Assembly: GCA_964408255.1 (NCBI GenBank) | Contig: CAYOYS010000002.1 | Location: forward strand, 7,616 to 52,067 | Length of the DNA: 44,452 bases | Origin: an uncultured Christensenellaceae bacterium | GTDB taxonomy: Bacteria; Bacillota; Clostridia; Christensenellales; CAG-1252 | Reading direction: 5' to 3' | Notes under the pieces: generated by a model | What the model was told of the DNA's origin: nothing | What the model saw: only the letters and a program-made list of their open reading frames with translations | Databases searched by the model: none | Shown here: in pieces, positions 17,901 to 29,900 of the stretch | Layout of the letters: each line of letters opens with the position of its first letter | Position numbering within the stretch: position 1 is the stretch's first letter | Made by a program: the position numbers and the translations under genes

Positions 17901-20900
17901 AATCACACGCGTAAACAAAAGCTTCCTTGAGCCTGACGTTGAACATCAAGGACTTGGAGCCGTCACCGTAATATGCGCGAATCTGTAACGGTGTGCCGTT
18001 GGCATTGAGGATTGTAAGGTCGGACGCGACGTTCAAGCCTGCGCTATAAGGATTGACGGTCAAATATGTCGGGTCATAGGACACGACTGTCATATCCGTA
18101 ACATTAAGCGGTACGTTGTTAATCCATTGGTAACCGCTACGCTCGTTGCCGACTCTAATCTTTGCGATTACGGTGTCGGAATTATATTTTATTGATGACC
18201 TATCTACTATACATTCCAAAACCTCCATGCGCGCAGTGACGCCGCCGTCGTTGAAGTAGACGCCGACATGGCTCGGCAGTGGGCAGTTCGCATCGTAAGG
18301 ATTGTAATAATAGGTGTTGCCGTTGGCATCATAGGCATCTGCTCTTGTTGCGACCATTCTATGAATTACGATGTTAACTTCGACTTTCTGATAGCCGCCC
18401 TGCGCGTTGCCTATAAGTACGAACGCTTTGCTTGAGCCGCCCTTGTAATGGTAGTTGATGTTAGCATAGCTCCACAGTACACTCAAAGTGCCTCTTATGT
18501 AGCTGCCGCTAGCGTCCTTGTCAAAGAACTCAACGTCGATTACATTGGAGGGAAGAGTGGTTGCGCCGTTTGTGCCGCCATAAGGTGTGATTTTCTGTTC
18601 GAATTCACCCTTGTCATTGAGAAGTCTACTTGAGGTAACGCCTCTTATCGTGCGGTTGGCGACCTTCAACAGCAATCGGACATTTTGATACCCGCCCCGT
18701 CTTGTGCCGACGCTTGCATTGAGAATATAGTAGCCTCCTTGATAGAAGAACTCGTTGTTGTTGACAGGTATGCCGTAGAATGCCGCTTCTGCCTCGGTAA
18801 CTTTCGTCGCGTTCATAAGGTTGGCTTGCAGCTCCAAATAGCCTGACATTCCGTTCTCGTAAAGAACGCTGATTTCTGAAGGCAACGCGGCATAATCATA
18901 CGGGTCTACTTCGAATTCGTCCTTTTCTACCGCGATAACGATGCGCTCCATTATGACGACCTTGACTTCTACCGCTTTGATGCCGGTGTTGTCGTCGCCT
19001 ACATATACATTAACAGTCTGCTCTATCCCGCTCACGGTATAATGATAATTGATATCCGCCTTGGACCAATCCGCCTTAAGCATCAAATCTTTACCTGCGC
19101 AGTCGGGATATTCCTCGGGTGTGACAACTCTATACGAATCCACCTCCCAAACCTTTGCCGCGCCTATCTTAACGGTGAGTGAATCGGGCAGCGACACATT
19201 ATAAGGGTCTATCGCAATTAGCGTCTCCGAATCTATCGTGACATCCCGCTCCACTTTCATAACGCTATAATTAAAGGTTTGATAATCATATTTTGAATTA
19301 CCGAGCGTAATGCTCGCGCTATCGCCGCGCTTGACCCAACTGACTATTTTTGCAATTCCGTCCGAAACGCCGCCCTCGGTTACGACAAACTCGAACCAAA
19401 GTTGATTGGGATAAGAGCTTGTGTTGTACGCGTCGTCTACGATATTGGTAAGCAGTCTTGGATTGACGGGATTGCCCGTCTCGTCAAGGGCATCAAAGGT
19501 ATAAATCAAAGGATTATTGTCTAAAGAACGAACTTTCCTCGATATTACTCTAACTTTGAATTCGAGCTCAAAATATCCGACCGTGCTGTTGCCTAAGGTC
19601 AGTATCGCGCCCTTGGTGTTGTTGTTCAGTCCGCTATAGAACTCTTTGCCCTCATAGTTGCAGCCCTCGATATAGCTGTAATCCCAAATCGCTTTGAGGT
19701 TGCGCTGTGTGCCGTCTTGTAGGAAAGAGGTATTGAAGCGCGAAGGCATGTCGTTGTACGAAATGTATGTCTCGGCATCCAACCCTTCGCCGATAACGGT
19801 GGCATACACTAACTTTGTCGTGTCTTCCCACGGGTCTATCTCGATATAGACGCTACGGGTATACTTGATTCCGTCTACATAATAGACAAAAGTGTCCGTT
19901 GTTAGCGCTTCATTCTCGCCTGTACCCACTCTTAGCGATACTATCTCGTTGCCGTTGGTAAGAGAGGTAACTGTCTTTTTGATTACGCTTATCGGAATCA
20001 CCTTGGTCTGATAGCCGCCGATGTAGTCGCCGATTCTCGCGTTGACCGTGCCCGACACATACTCGCCCTCGCTTGAGGCATTGAGTACCTTCAAGTCGTA
20101 ATTCTTGCCTATCCATTCCACAGGCATTGACCTTGTCGAGCCGTCCTTGAACTGAACGGTAACGACCGTAGGCAGACTATCGCTGCTGAACGGGTCAATA
20201 GTAATCTCGACAGGGATTATTGACTCAATCTCGCGATTAAGCACTCTTACTGTAATCTCCTTGGTCTGGTAGCCCACAGAGCTGTTGCCCACGTTGCCGA
20301 AGATTATGAATTCTTGGAATAAGCTATCTCCCGCCTTGCTCTTATAGCCCTTGTAGCCGTTAATAACGTTGTTGATATCCCAAATAATGTTGACTTCGCC
20401 CTTGTTGCCGTTCTTGAACACTACGTCGACAAGCTCGGGATACGCGGCATTAAGTCTTGGGTCGATACCCGCGTAAGGGTCGAATATAATAGTGTTGAGT
20501 TCGTTGAGCTCGTAGTCCGTAATCTCCTTATTCTCTACGGTAACCTTGATTTGCACATTCTGATAGCCGCCGTAGTCGTTGCCGATTTTTGCCGTGATAA
20601 AGGTTTCGCCGCCCACACAGTTCCAAATCGCATAAAGCGAGGTAAGGTCCCAACGTATGCCGGAGAAAGTATAATTGGAATCGTCGGTAAATCGTACCAT
20701 TGCGGTCTTCGGATACGGCGATTGTTTTACCACATTACCCGCTCCGTCGTACTCTGTATCTTTCAAGAACGGAGTATGCTCGGTATTGTAAGGGTCGAAT
20801 ACGAACGCCTCTAGCTGCACCGATTTTATGATTTTGGGCTGAATGACGACCTCATGTCGGATATTCTGATAACCCGCGTCCTTGCTACCAACTTGCGCAA

Positions 20901-23900
20901 CGGCATAATAAGTGCCGCCATTATAGGTCTGATTGATGCCCGAAAGGTTCCAATCTATCGGATAGTAGTCGGAGGATTGAGATGTGAATATCACATTACT
21001 GCGTACCGAATCCTCGGTCTGCGTGACATACAGCAAGTTGCCTCCGTTCTCAGGATAGTATATCTCATCGGTAGCGTTCTCGGTGTAGGGGTCGAACACA
21101 TAACTCGCCCTAACCTCTTTAAGGTTGATACTCGAAATCGTGCGATTCGCGATATTTATCGGGATGTTGACCGTTTGGTAACCGCCCGCCGCGTTGCCGA
21201 TAGTAAGCGCGGCATAATATATGCCTCCCATATAGTTGAGCTTGAGTCCGCTAGTCGCCCAAATTACCCCTCCCGTATTAAGATAGGTGTTGCCGTTGCT
21301 CGAAAGCTCTGCTTCGAATGTCTTTTGCGTACCGTTCTTATACATTGCGGTAACCGTCTTAGGATAACTCATGGCATCGAGCGGATTGGCAATCTTGTTG
21401 TTAATCATGTCCCATACCACCAAGCTCGACTGATATTTTGCAAGCTCGACGTCCGAAGTGATTTCGTTGCCGAACATATCGCGAGGCGCCTCGCCCTTTA
21501 CATATTTGCAGTAATTTATGATATTGCCTTCATTGTCCTTTTTGGTGTAGATAAAGTACAGTGGGTCAATATATGAAGCAAGGTCTGTCATCTCAAGGCG
21601 GGCGCTGTCGAACGTCGCGTCAATAATAGTTACAGGGACCTCGAGCGTCTGATAGCCCGCGTTCTCGATACGCGCCGTTTCTTCTTCCGTGTTGCCCGTT
21701 ATTCTAAAGGTCGCGCGCGAGGAAGTGTTGCCCTCATAAGTGTTGTTGACTCCCCTTAAGTTCCACTGTACGGGCGTCAATATATAATTGGGATTGCCCG
21801 AGGCGTCATCATCGCCCTCGTAATGCAACCAAAGATAGCTAGGATACATGTTAGGATTCTTACTGTCCGCAAGAGCCTCTTTGCCAATCATCACATAGCT
21901 ATATGGGTCAAAGGTCAAGTCAAGGTCGTAATATTGCCCCTGTGGATTCTTAAGCTTATAGTCCACAAGCATCCATGGCTTGATTATTATGGATATGCCC
22001 TCGAACTTGTAATACCCGATTTCGAGGTTGCCGATTTCTGCGCTTACCGTGTAGGTGATACCTGTGTAAGACGGCTTGATATCGCTTTCGCTTATGCTCC
22101 ATTTGATGTTGTAAAGCTTGGGCTCGGTGTTGCCGAAAGTCGCCCAAACTTGCTTAGGCAATTTAATCTCGTCGTATGGGTTGAAAATCAAGCTACTCGC
22201 GCCGTTCTCGTAAGTGCCGTCCTCGCTCGGGAATACAACCTTATTAAGTGCAAGGTTGCGCACGGTGATAGGTATCTCGACTTTATAACTCTTAACTTTC
22301 TTATCGCCGAATGTAAGACCTAGCACGAAGCTACCGCCCGAATACGAGTCTTTAAGTTGGCTAGTATCCCATTCGACAATGCTGTCGCCGGTGCCCTTTG
22401 TACCGTCGAACGTCTTGATAAGCTCATTTTTGCCGTAGCCGTCCGTCATCGTCACATAGATTATCTTAGGCAGGTTGGCAATTAACTCGTCAACCTTATT
22501 CGCATCGACAATCATAGGCAAAGTCAGACCCGCGCCCGCAATAAGCGGAACAACTACACTTCCTGTGCCGCTCGGCAAGGTCATGGTCTTTACGAGTCGA
22601 GCCGCGGAGTAAGGCAACTTGACATTGACCTTGTGAACGTCGTTCATAACATAGCCTTCAATCTGATAATTCTGGAATTCTGTCGCCTCGTTAACCATTG
22701 GCACAGGGCCTGACAAGCCCGCCGTCGGGTCGATAAGGAACATAGAATCCGCCCAAGACATGCTAACGTTATCGGTCTCCGTCTCACTGCCGGCAACAAC
22801 CGTCCCATTAAGATAGCGAGTAACAATCGCATTATCGGGCAGATTCTCCATGTAATCCACTATGCCGTTCTTGTTGTAGTCGAGCTCAAACACGTCGATT
22901 ATAGTTCTATCGTCAATGTTCTGACCGCTGCCTAATACAGGCGAAGAATTAACCACTGCCGCGAGCTTGATACCATTATTTTCAATCTTAATATCAAAAT
23001 ACTCGTTGCTTGTTTCGGTATAAGTCCTCAAATATACTTTTCTGAACATGCCGTAATCGCCGTTTGCAAGCTGCGTGTCATTTAGCTCGACGACTACAAA
23101 GCACACCGATTGGTCGGTTAATTCGGGGAAAGGCAACAACCGTGCAAGCAAATCGATAACAGTATTACCGACAAGCCCGTCGACTAGCCACTTGAGGAAA
23201 CCCGAATCGCCTATAAGTTTTTTCAGTATCGCCCTATACATCATATATGCTTGCTGATTGTTGGGCAAATCTCTCTCATATTTTAGTAAGCTAAATATCT
23301 TGGGCGGAAGCATAGCAAGCACACCGCCGATAAGCTTCGGATTAAGGTCTAGCCTTATAGTCGATATCGAAGGAGTGCTTCCGTTAGTGTCGACCTCGCC
23401 GCTTTTGCCGATGCCTGCCGAGCCGAGGTTGATAGTGATACCAAGAACAGGATTCTTGAGTCCTTCCGCTAAGTCATCCGCGGTTATTTTGCCGCTTCCG
23501 TCCTCTTCTTCTTCTACAAGCGGTGGTATGGGGTCGTAATCGGAGTTCACACTCATCTTAATAAGAGAGCGTATGTCAAGTTCGGCAACAGCAAAGGAAT
23601 ACTGCCCTATAAAGCCTAAATCTATATCAAGATACAGTTCGTTATCAAAGAACGATACACCCGATACAATGCCTCCGAGCAATGTATTTCCTAAGTCGAT
23701 TTTTAGTCCGTGTACATAATCACCGCTTCCGATTCTCGTTACCAATACATCGGTGGAACGACCCTTGCCCGTGACAACGCTGACGCCCGATTTGTCAACA
23801 TACGCAACATTAGTCATGATTGTGAGTTTCAAACCATCGCCCGCGGGATACAGTGCGTCAATCACCGAACCGAGTATGTTGGAGATACCGGGTTCCGAAT

Positions 23901-26900
23901 AATTGTTGGGCAAGCCGAACAAGCCGCCGAAGTTCAAGCCGCTGTAAGTACCAAAGTTAACGCCGCTCAATATATTGGTCACGCCCGCGCCGTAGCCTAA
24001 CTTCACTTCATCGAACACCAACTTGACATGATTAAGGTTGTTCATGCTAACTGTTCCCGAACTTTGAATGATGTCGTAAGCGCCTACATCGACGCTGAGG
24101 CTATCAAAGCCGTTGCAAAGGCTGAGGTCGAGCGCAAGTTTGACACCCTCGGGTACCTCAAAGTTAAGCCCGAGCATGCCTAGCAACATCTGAAGCATAG
24201 CAGTATCGAACTCAATTCCGACGTGAGTGCCTTGAATGTTATTTTTGATGTACGAGTTGATTATCATTTTTGCCGAGACCGCGCCTCTTATCACAGGGTC
24301 GGGGTCAGGGTCAGGGTCGGAATCATCATCATCCTCGATATCTCCGAACAAATCTTTCTCCTCTTTTTCCTCGAGCATCTTGTCGATAAGCTCACCGAGA
24401 TTAGAGACTCCGAGTCTAGATTCGAGCAAGTCGCTTACAATGCTCAATGAGCCGTCCAAATCCAAGCCGGCAAGCTCTTTAAGTATCGCCTTTATGTCCA
24501 GCCCCATAAGCTTGACTTTCATTAAGCCCATGCCCGAAAGGTCTGCATAGACGGAGTTATCTGCTGCACTGTAATACAGTCCTATCAATAACACATTGAT
24601 ACCGGATTCGCCCGTAAGCCTATAACCAAATTCGACCAATAGTTGTGTGTTTTCCCAATGTTCAAAGTCGATTTTTGCATCGATTCTGATACCGTATCTC
24701 CACTCGTCCGTGCAGTTGCGGTTGATGACAACTGCGCTCTTATCAACGCCCAACAAGTCCGCTACCGTGGATTCGAGGAAATCGACAAGCATATTGACTT
24801 TGCCGCCCTCGTCCGCCGTTGTCTCGAGAGTTATCGCGCCGTTAAGCGTCAGCCTGAATGCGTTTATGTCCAAGACGTTGGGATACTCCCCGAGATTGGC
24901 AAATATTGCTCTGTTGACAAGCGTTCCGCCTCCGTATTGGGATGCGCCTGTTCCCGACATGTGCGGGAATACAAGGTATGTGCCGTCTAAGCCGCCGATT
25001 CCGGATAAGTTGTTCTTAGTCAACTCCAACGCGCCGCCCGACTCGCCGAGCGCGATGTTCAAGCCGCCAAGCTTTATCTTCAAGCCAACCCAATCGAGGT
25101 TTGTCGTATCGAGTCCGGATTCGTTGCCGTTCTTATCAATATATAGATTTACATTGATGCTCGATTGATTGATAACGGTCTCACCCGGCTGAAGGTCGGA
25201 GTCGCCCGAGTCAAAGTAAACCTCTACTCTGTCAAAACTCTCGCGAGTGTTATCTCCCGTAATAATCTTAGGCAAAATGATATTGTCTACGCCCGCAAGA
25301 TTTAGAATCATATCGACAAGCGCAAAGTTCAAAGAAATACCATAGCGGTGCTGGCTTACAAGGAGCATGAACTCCGCGCCGTCTATTCCCTCGACTCCGT
25401 TAATCATGCCGATATAATCGTTTTTGATTTTTTCCATATCGAGTCCGAGCAAATCGGACAGCAATCCCCATTCGGAATCGTCCTCACCCGCTCCGGCAGT
25501 TTCGCCTGCTCCCGCCTTGCTTGCCCAATTGACACCGAGTATTCCGGCAAGTACTCCCGACAAGTCAATATCGGTAATCATCAAGCCGTCGATATCCATA
25601 ATCGGCAAAGTTAGGTAAAGCGATTCTGTCGCGTTGACATAGTATACACCGAGCAACAAATAGTGCTTGGTAGTTCCGCCTTGCTCGTATTCTTTGATTA
25701 TCTCGAGCAACAGTTCGGTATTGCGCGGCTCGGTAAGGTCGAGCATCGCTTCTATTTTGATTTTTAACCTCATATTCGTAGGAACATAAGACGAAGTGGC
25801 AGGATTATAAGTAGAGTTGTCGATTACGAGCTTGATAAGGTCACCCATGCTCGGATTCAACACGAGTAGCGAGGCAAGCGTAGGTGTCAAGTCGATGTCT
25901 ATGCCATTGTTTTCCCCGCTTGCGTTTGTGCCGCCGCTTAAGGTTATATACGAGGTCGTGGAAAGCTTGATTTGAAGCGCCTTGCTGTCTATCCATGACT
26001 TATGAGCATCGTCCTTATTAGGACGCAAATCAGCGGTAAAGTAGCTAGACTTAGCCAAAGTCGAGATAGGTGTCGCAGCGTCATATCCAATAGTGTAGTC
26101 ACTCCCGTTATCGGTTATTGTAAGCCCCTTGAATATGTTATTCTGCCCCATATGCAAATCGTCGAGATAAAGCGCCAATCTTTCCGCGTCGCTCAAAAGG
26201 TAATCGCTGTTGAGCCTTGCGGGGTACGCCACCGCCTTAAGGTCGGAAATAATCAATTCGGCTTTTACCGCGTGGTCTTTATCCTCAATAGGCATAAAGA
26301 CAGATAACTTAAGGAAACTGTCCTCAAAATTCCTCAATATTTTGCCTTGCAGATACATTTCGGTTTGCGGGAAGAACGCCTCGATAGTGAACATTGCAAG
26401 CAAATTGTTTATAATATCGGGGTTCATCAACAAAATCAGCATATTATTGCCAATACCGACGCTGTTGATTAGCTTGGGTAGCATCGAGGTCAAATCCAAT
26501 TCCCTTGCGTCCTCGGCGGGCGCGCTTTCCGTCTCGGGCGAGACGTACTCGGGGGCGGTTATAAAGGAGTTCATCCAATTCCTCATCTCGGTAATCAAGT
26601 CGAGCTTAATTGAGAACGCATCGATGCCTACCGAAGACAAATCGATATAAAGCGTGGAAAGCTCGCTACTGCCGCCACCGTCATAATATATGACTATGGG
26701 AGGCAATCCGGGATACTGCAACAGATGAATCTTAATAATAGCCTCGGTTAAGAATGGGTCGTCGGCGTTTATCTTGACTTCCACATCAATTCTTATAGTG
26801 GTGTCGATACCCGAGAACGCGACTACAGAGCCCGCAATGGTATTGATAAGCGAGCCAAAACCGCTAGTTACATTCGCCCCGAATAAATCAAAGTCGAAAG

Positions 26901-29900
26901 TGTCGAGCTGATATGTGAATTCGATGCTCGTCTTGATATAGAATTCCAAATCGTTCCAACGCTGGAATTCACTGAGCTCGAGTCCTCTTGTAGATGCGAT
27001 TATGCCAACATTGTAATGCTTATATTCATCGTTCGCATGGTAAGGACCTCCCGAGCCGTACACTCCATTCTCGGCTATGCCGCCTTGCGCCTGTGTCTTA
27101 AATCTGTCAGGAAGCTCAAAGGCAAGCTCTACTTCGCCGATTGTCGCTCTGAATATCAATGCCTGTGTATTGTAGCCTTGATTATCAAGCGCAATCCTTA
27201 CAAGGATGTTGTCCGCGACAGCAAAGCCGATTCTTGTTACCGAGCTAAGTTCTATGTCGGCGGCAAGCGAAGGAATCGCTATCACCGCGTAACCGTTGTA
27301 ATAATATACGGATACCGTCTCACCGCCATAGCTCGCTAATGCCGTACTTCCCGTAAAGTCGAGGTCAATAGTCGCAAGCGTTACATTCCCCGCACCGAAC
27401 AGTGCAAGTTTGAATTCGCCGTCCATAAATCTGTCGAAAAGGTTCTTTGGAATCTTCAATTTGTCGCCGTCCGTGATGAACGAGGACAGATATATCATAT
27501 CATCGGAATCGTATTCGACACGAATTTTGGCTATATTCGAAAGTGTGACGTTCGCCTTAAGATGATAATTATCTAAGCAAAGGCAATCATCAAAATACCG
27601 TATCGGCGTTGTAACGCCGTCATATGTAACGGTAGGCACAAGGGACATACGGTTCAAGCTCAGTGTTCCGAGTAGAACGTTTGCGCCGTTGTACAATGAC
27701 AGCTTGAATATTCCGCAAGTGCTCATCGAATTAATCTTGTCGGATAAGCACAACTCGCCTTCCTTTATATCGAAGCAGAAGTATGGGTTCGTGCCCGCGC
27801 CCGCTTTCAAATAATCTATTTGCGATACCGCCATTACTATTTTTGAGATAGCTTTACCCGCCGCAAAATCAGCGTATATGCCCGTAAGCTCCGCAGGGGC
27901 GTTGCCCGAAGCAACGAAAGTCCCCGACTTTGCGCCGTAGCTGAAGCTTCCGCCCGAACCGTTAAAGGAGAGCGAGAAGTCCGCCGTCGAGCCGTCCTCA
28001 TAATACATAGTTACAGTCCAATCCGATATAGGATAATTCCTCATAGCCTGTGCGGTAACGAACAGTTTTGCCACATCGTCATCAAGGATAAAGGTACGAT
28101 AATCCTCATAAGGTTCGCCGTCCGTGTTAAGGAAAGCTTCGCTCGGGTTATATTTTGTATATTTGGCGATATCCAATGTTACCGCGCCGTTAAAGACGTC
28201 CACCACAAGGTCGAATTTGTCAATCTCTATCTCAATTTCGTCCATATCTGGAACAATCATTGCGAACAGTCCGCCAATGAAGTTCTTGCCAAGGTTCATG
28301 GCAACTGTGCCTTGACCTATAGTCACACCCGCTAACAAGTTGATAAGTCCGGCAATAGAGAAGCTGTCCTCAGCTGCGGCAAAGTCTTCGACAAGGCGCG
28401 AAGGTGTGCTTGCCGCGGCAAGCTCCTCCGAGGTAATTCCCCAGAACTCTAAAGAGCCTTGCACCGCGATGTACACGGGCGGAGCCGTTAAGAAGCGGAA
28501 TGTCTCAAGATTCGGATTAAGGAAAATATTGGCGCCGTCGTAATAAATCGTCAATATGTCGACGAATGCATCGTCATAGAGTATGCCGTCAAGCATTATG
28601 TTATAGCATCGTTTTTCGAGTTTGATATATATCTTGATATCGCTTAACGCAAGGTTTGCGAAGTCTAAGCTGCCTAGATACACGCGCAGATGCAATCTGT
28701 AATCGCCTGTCAACATCTCGCGATTGAAGCCGAGAGCAAGAAGCACGTTGCCTATATACGAGGCGATATTATCGCCAACGTTGTACAAAGAGCCGCCCGG
28801 ATTGAACATATCATCAAGGCTTGAGATGTTGTTGGCGGGTATGTCTATCGCAAAATCGATAATCGTAGATACATAAACCTCGTTAAGGTCGTTGATGATA
28901 TCCGAATACTCGCCGTCGTCTATGACTGTCACTCCGTCAACTTTCTTTGTAACGATATTATTGACGGGGCTAGTATAATCCAACAAGTTCTCTGCGCCCA
29001 CTTTGGCAGAATAATTGTTGAGCCCGATTGTAAAGGTAAGCTCCTCGTATTTGACGCCGATAACTCCTATAGCTTGAACACTCTTATTGAAAGTGTTTTG
29101 ATAAAGCATTGTTTCAGATGCATCGTACAGCGCAAAGCTCCATGTACCCGAATTGAGTTTTTTGACCTTGTCGGAGTTGCGGACGGTTACAAAATTGTCC
29201 GCAATAATAAAGTAATCCGCAATATCGCCGCCCGTAAACTCGAGTTCGGCGTCGTAAACCGCATTGCTTATTACCGCTTTTGCTACCGTAGCCGCCGACA
29301 ACCCCTCTACCTCGTACGTTATATCCGAGGTCACGTTGCTCAACGCAAAGTTACCGCCCTTGGTAAGGGTGTTCTGAAGTCTTACGCTTATGTAGCCTTC
29401 GTCTGCGGAAGTGCCTTTAAGCGGTATACCGAAAAACTCCTCAATAATCATCAAGGTATTGTTGTTGAGCATTAGCGTCGAAACGTCCTGCGTCGCCATA
29501 ATGCCGCCGAACAATGACAGTATAAGATATAGAATCCCGTCTGAATCGTTTTTGTCAAGTACGAATTTTTTGCTTATCGTGCTATCCATATACAGTACGC
29601 CTTGCGAAGTGTATATTCTTATCTCAAAATACTTGCCATTTTCGTTAAGTGCGCGTACCTCATCGGTATTATTGAAAGCTATATAAGTCACGTTGCCTCT
29701 CGTTGCCATGGTGAAATATTTTGCAATCTCAGTAGCGCCGTTGGCGGTGGCAAAAGCTTCGTCGGGAATGGGGAATACGCTGCTCTTATAGAACTCTACT
29801 TTCTGTATAGTCGCGCCCTTTAGCGCCATCTTATATTGGTTGGTCGACCTTATTATCGAGGGAATAATATTGCTCGTGACTACCGTCAGATGCGTATATC

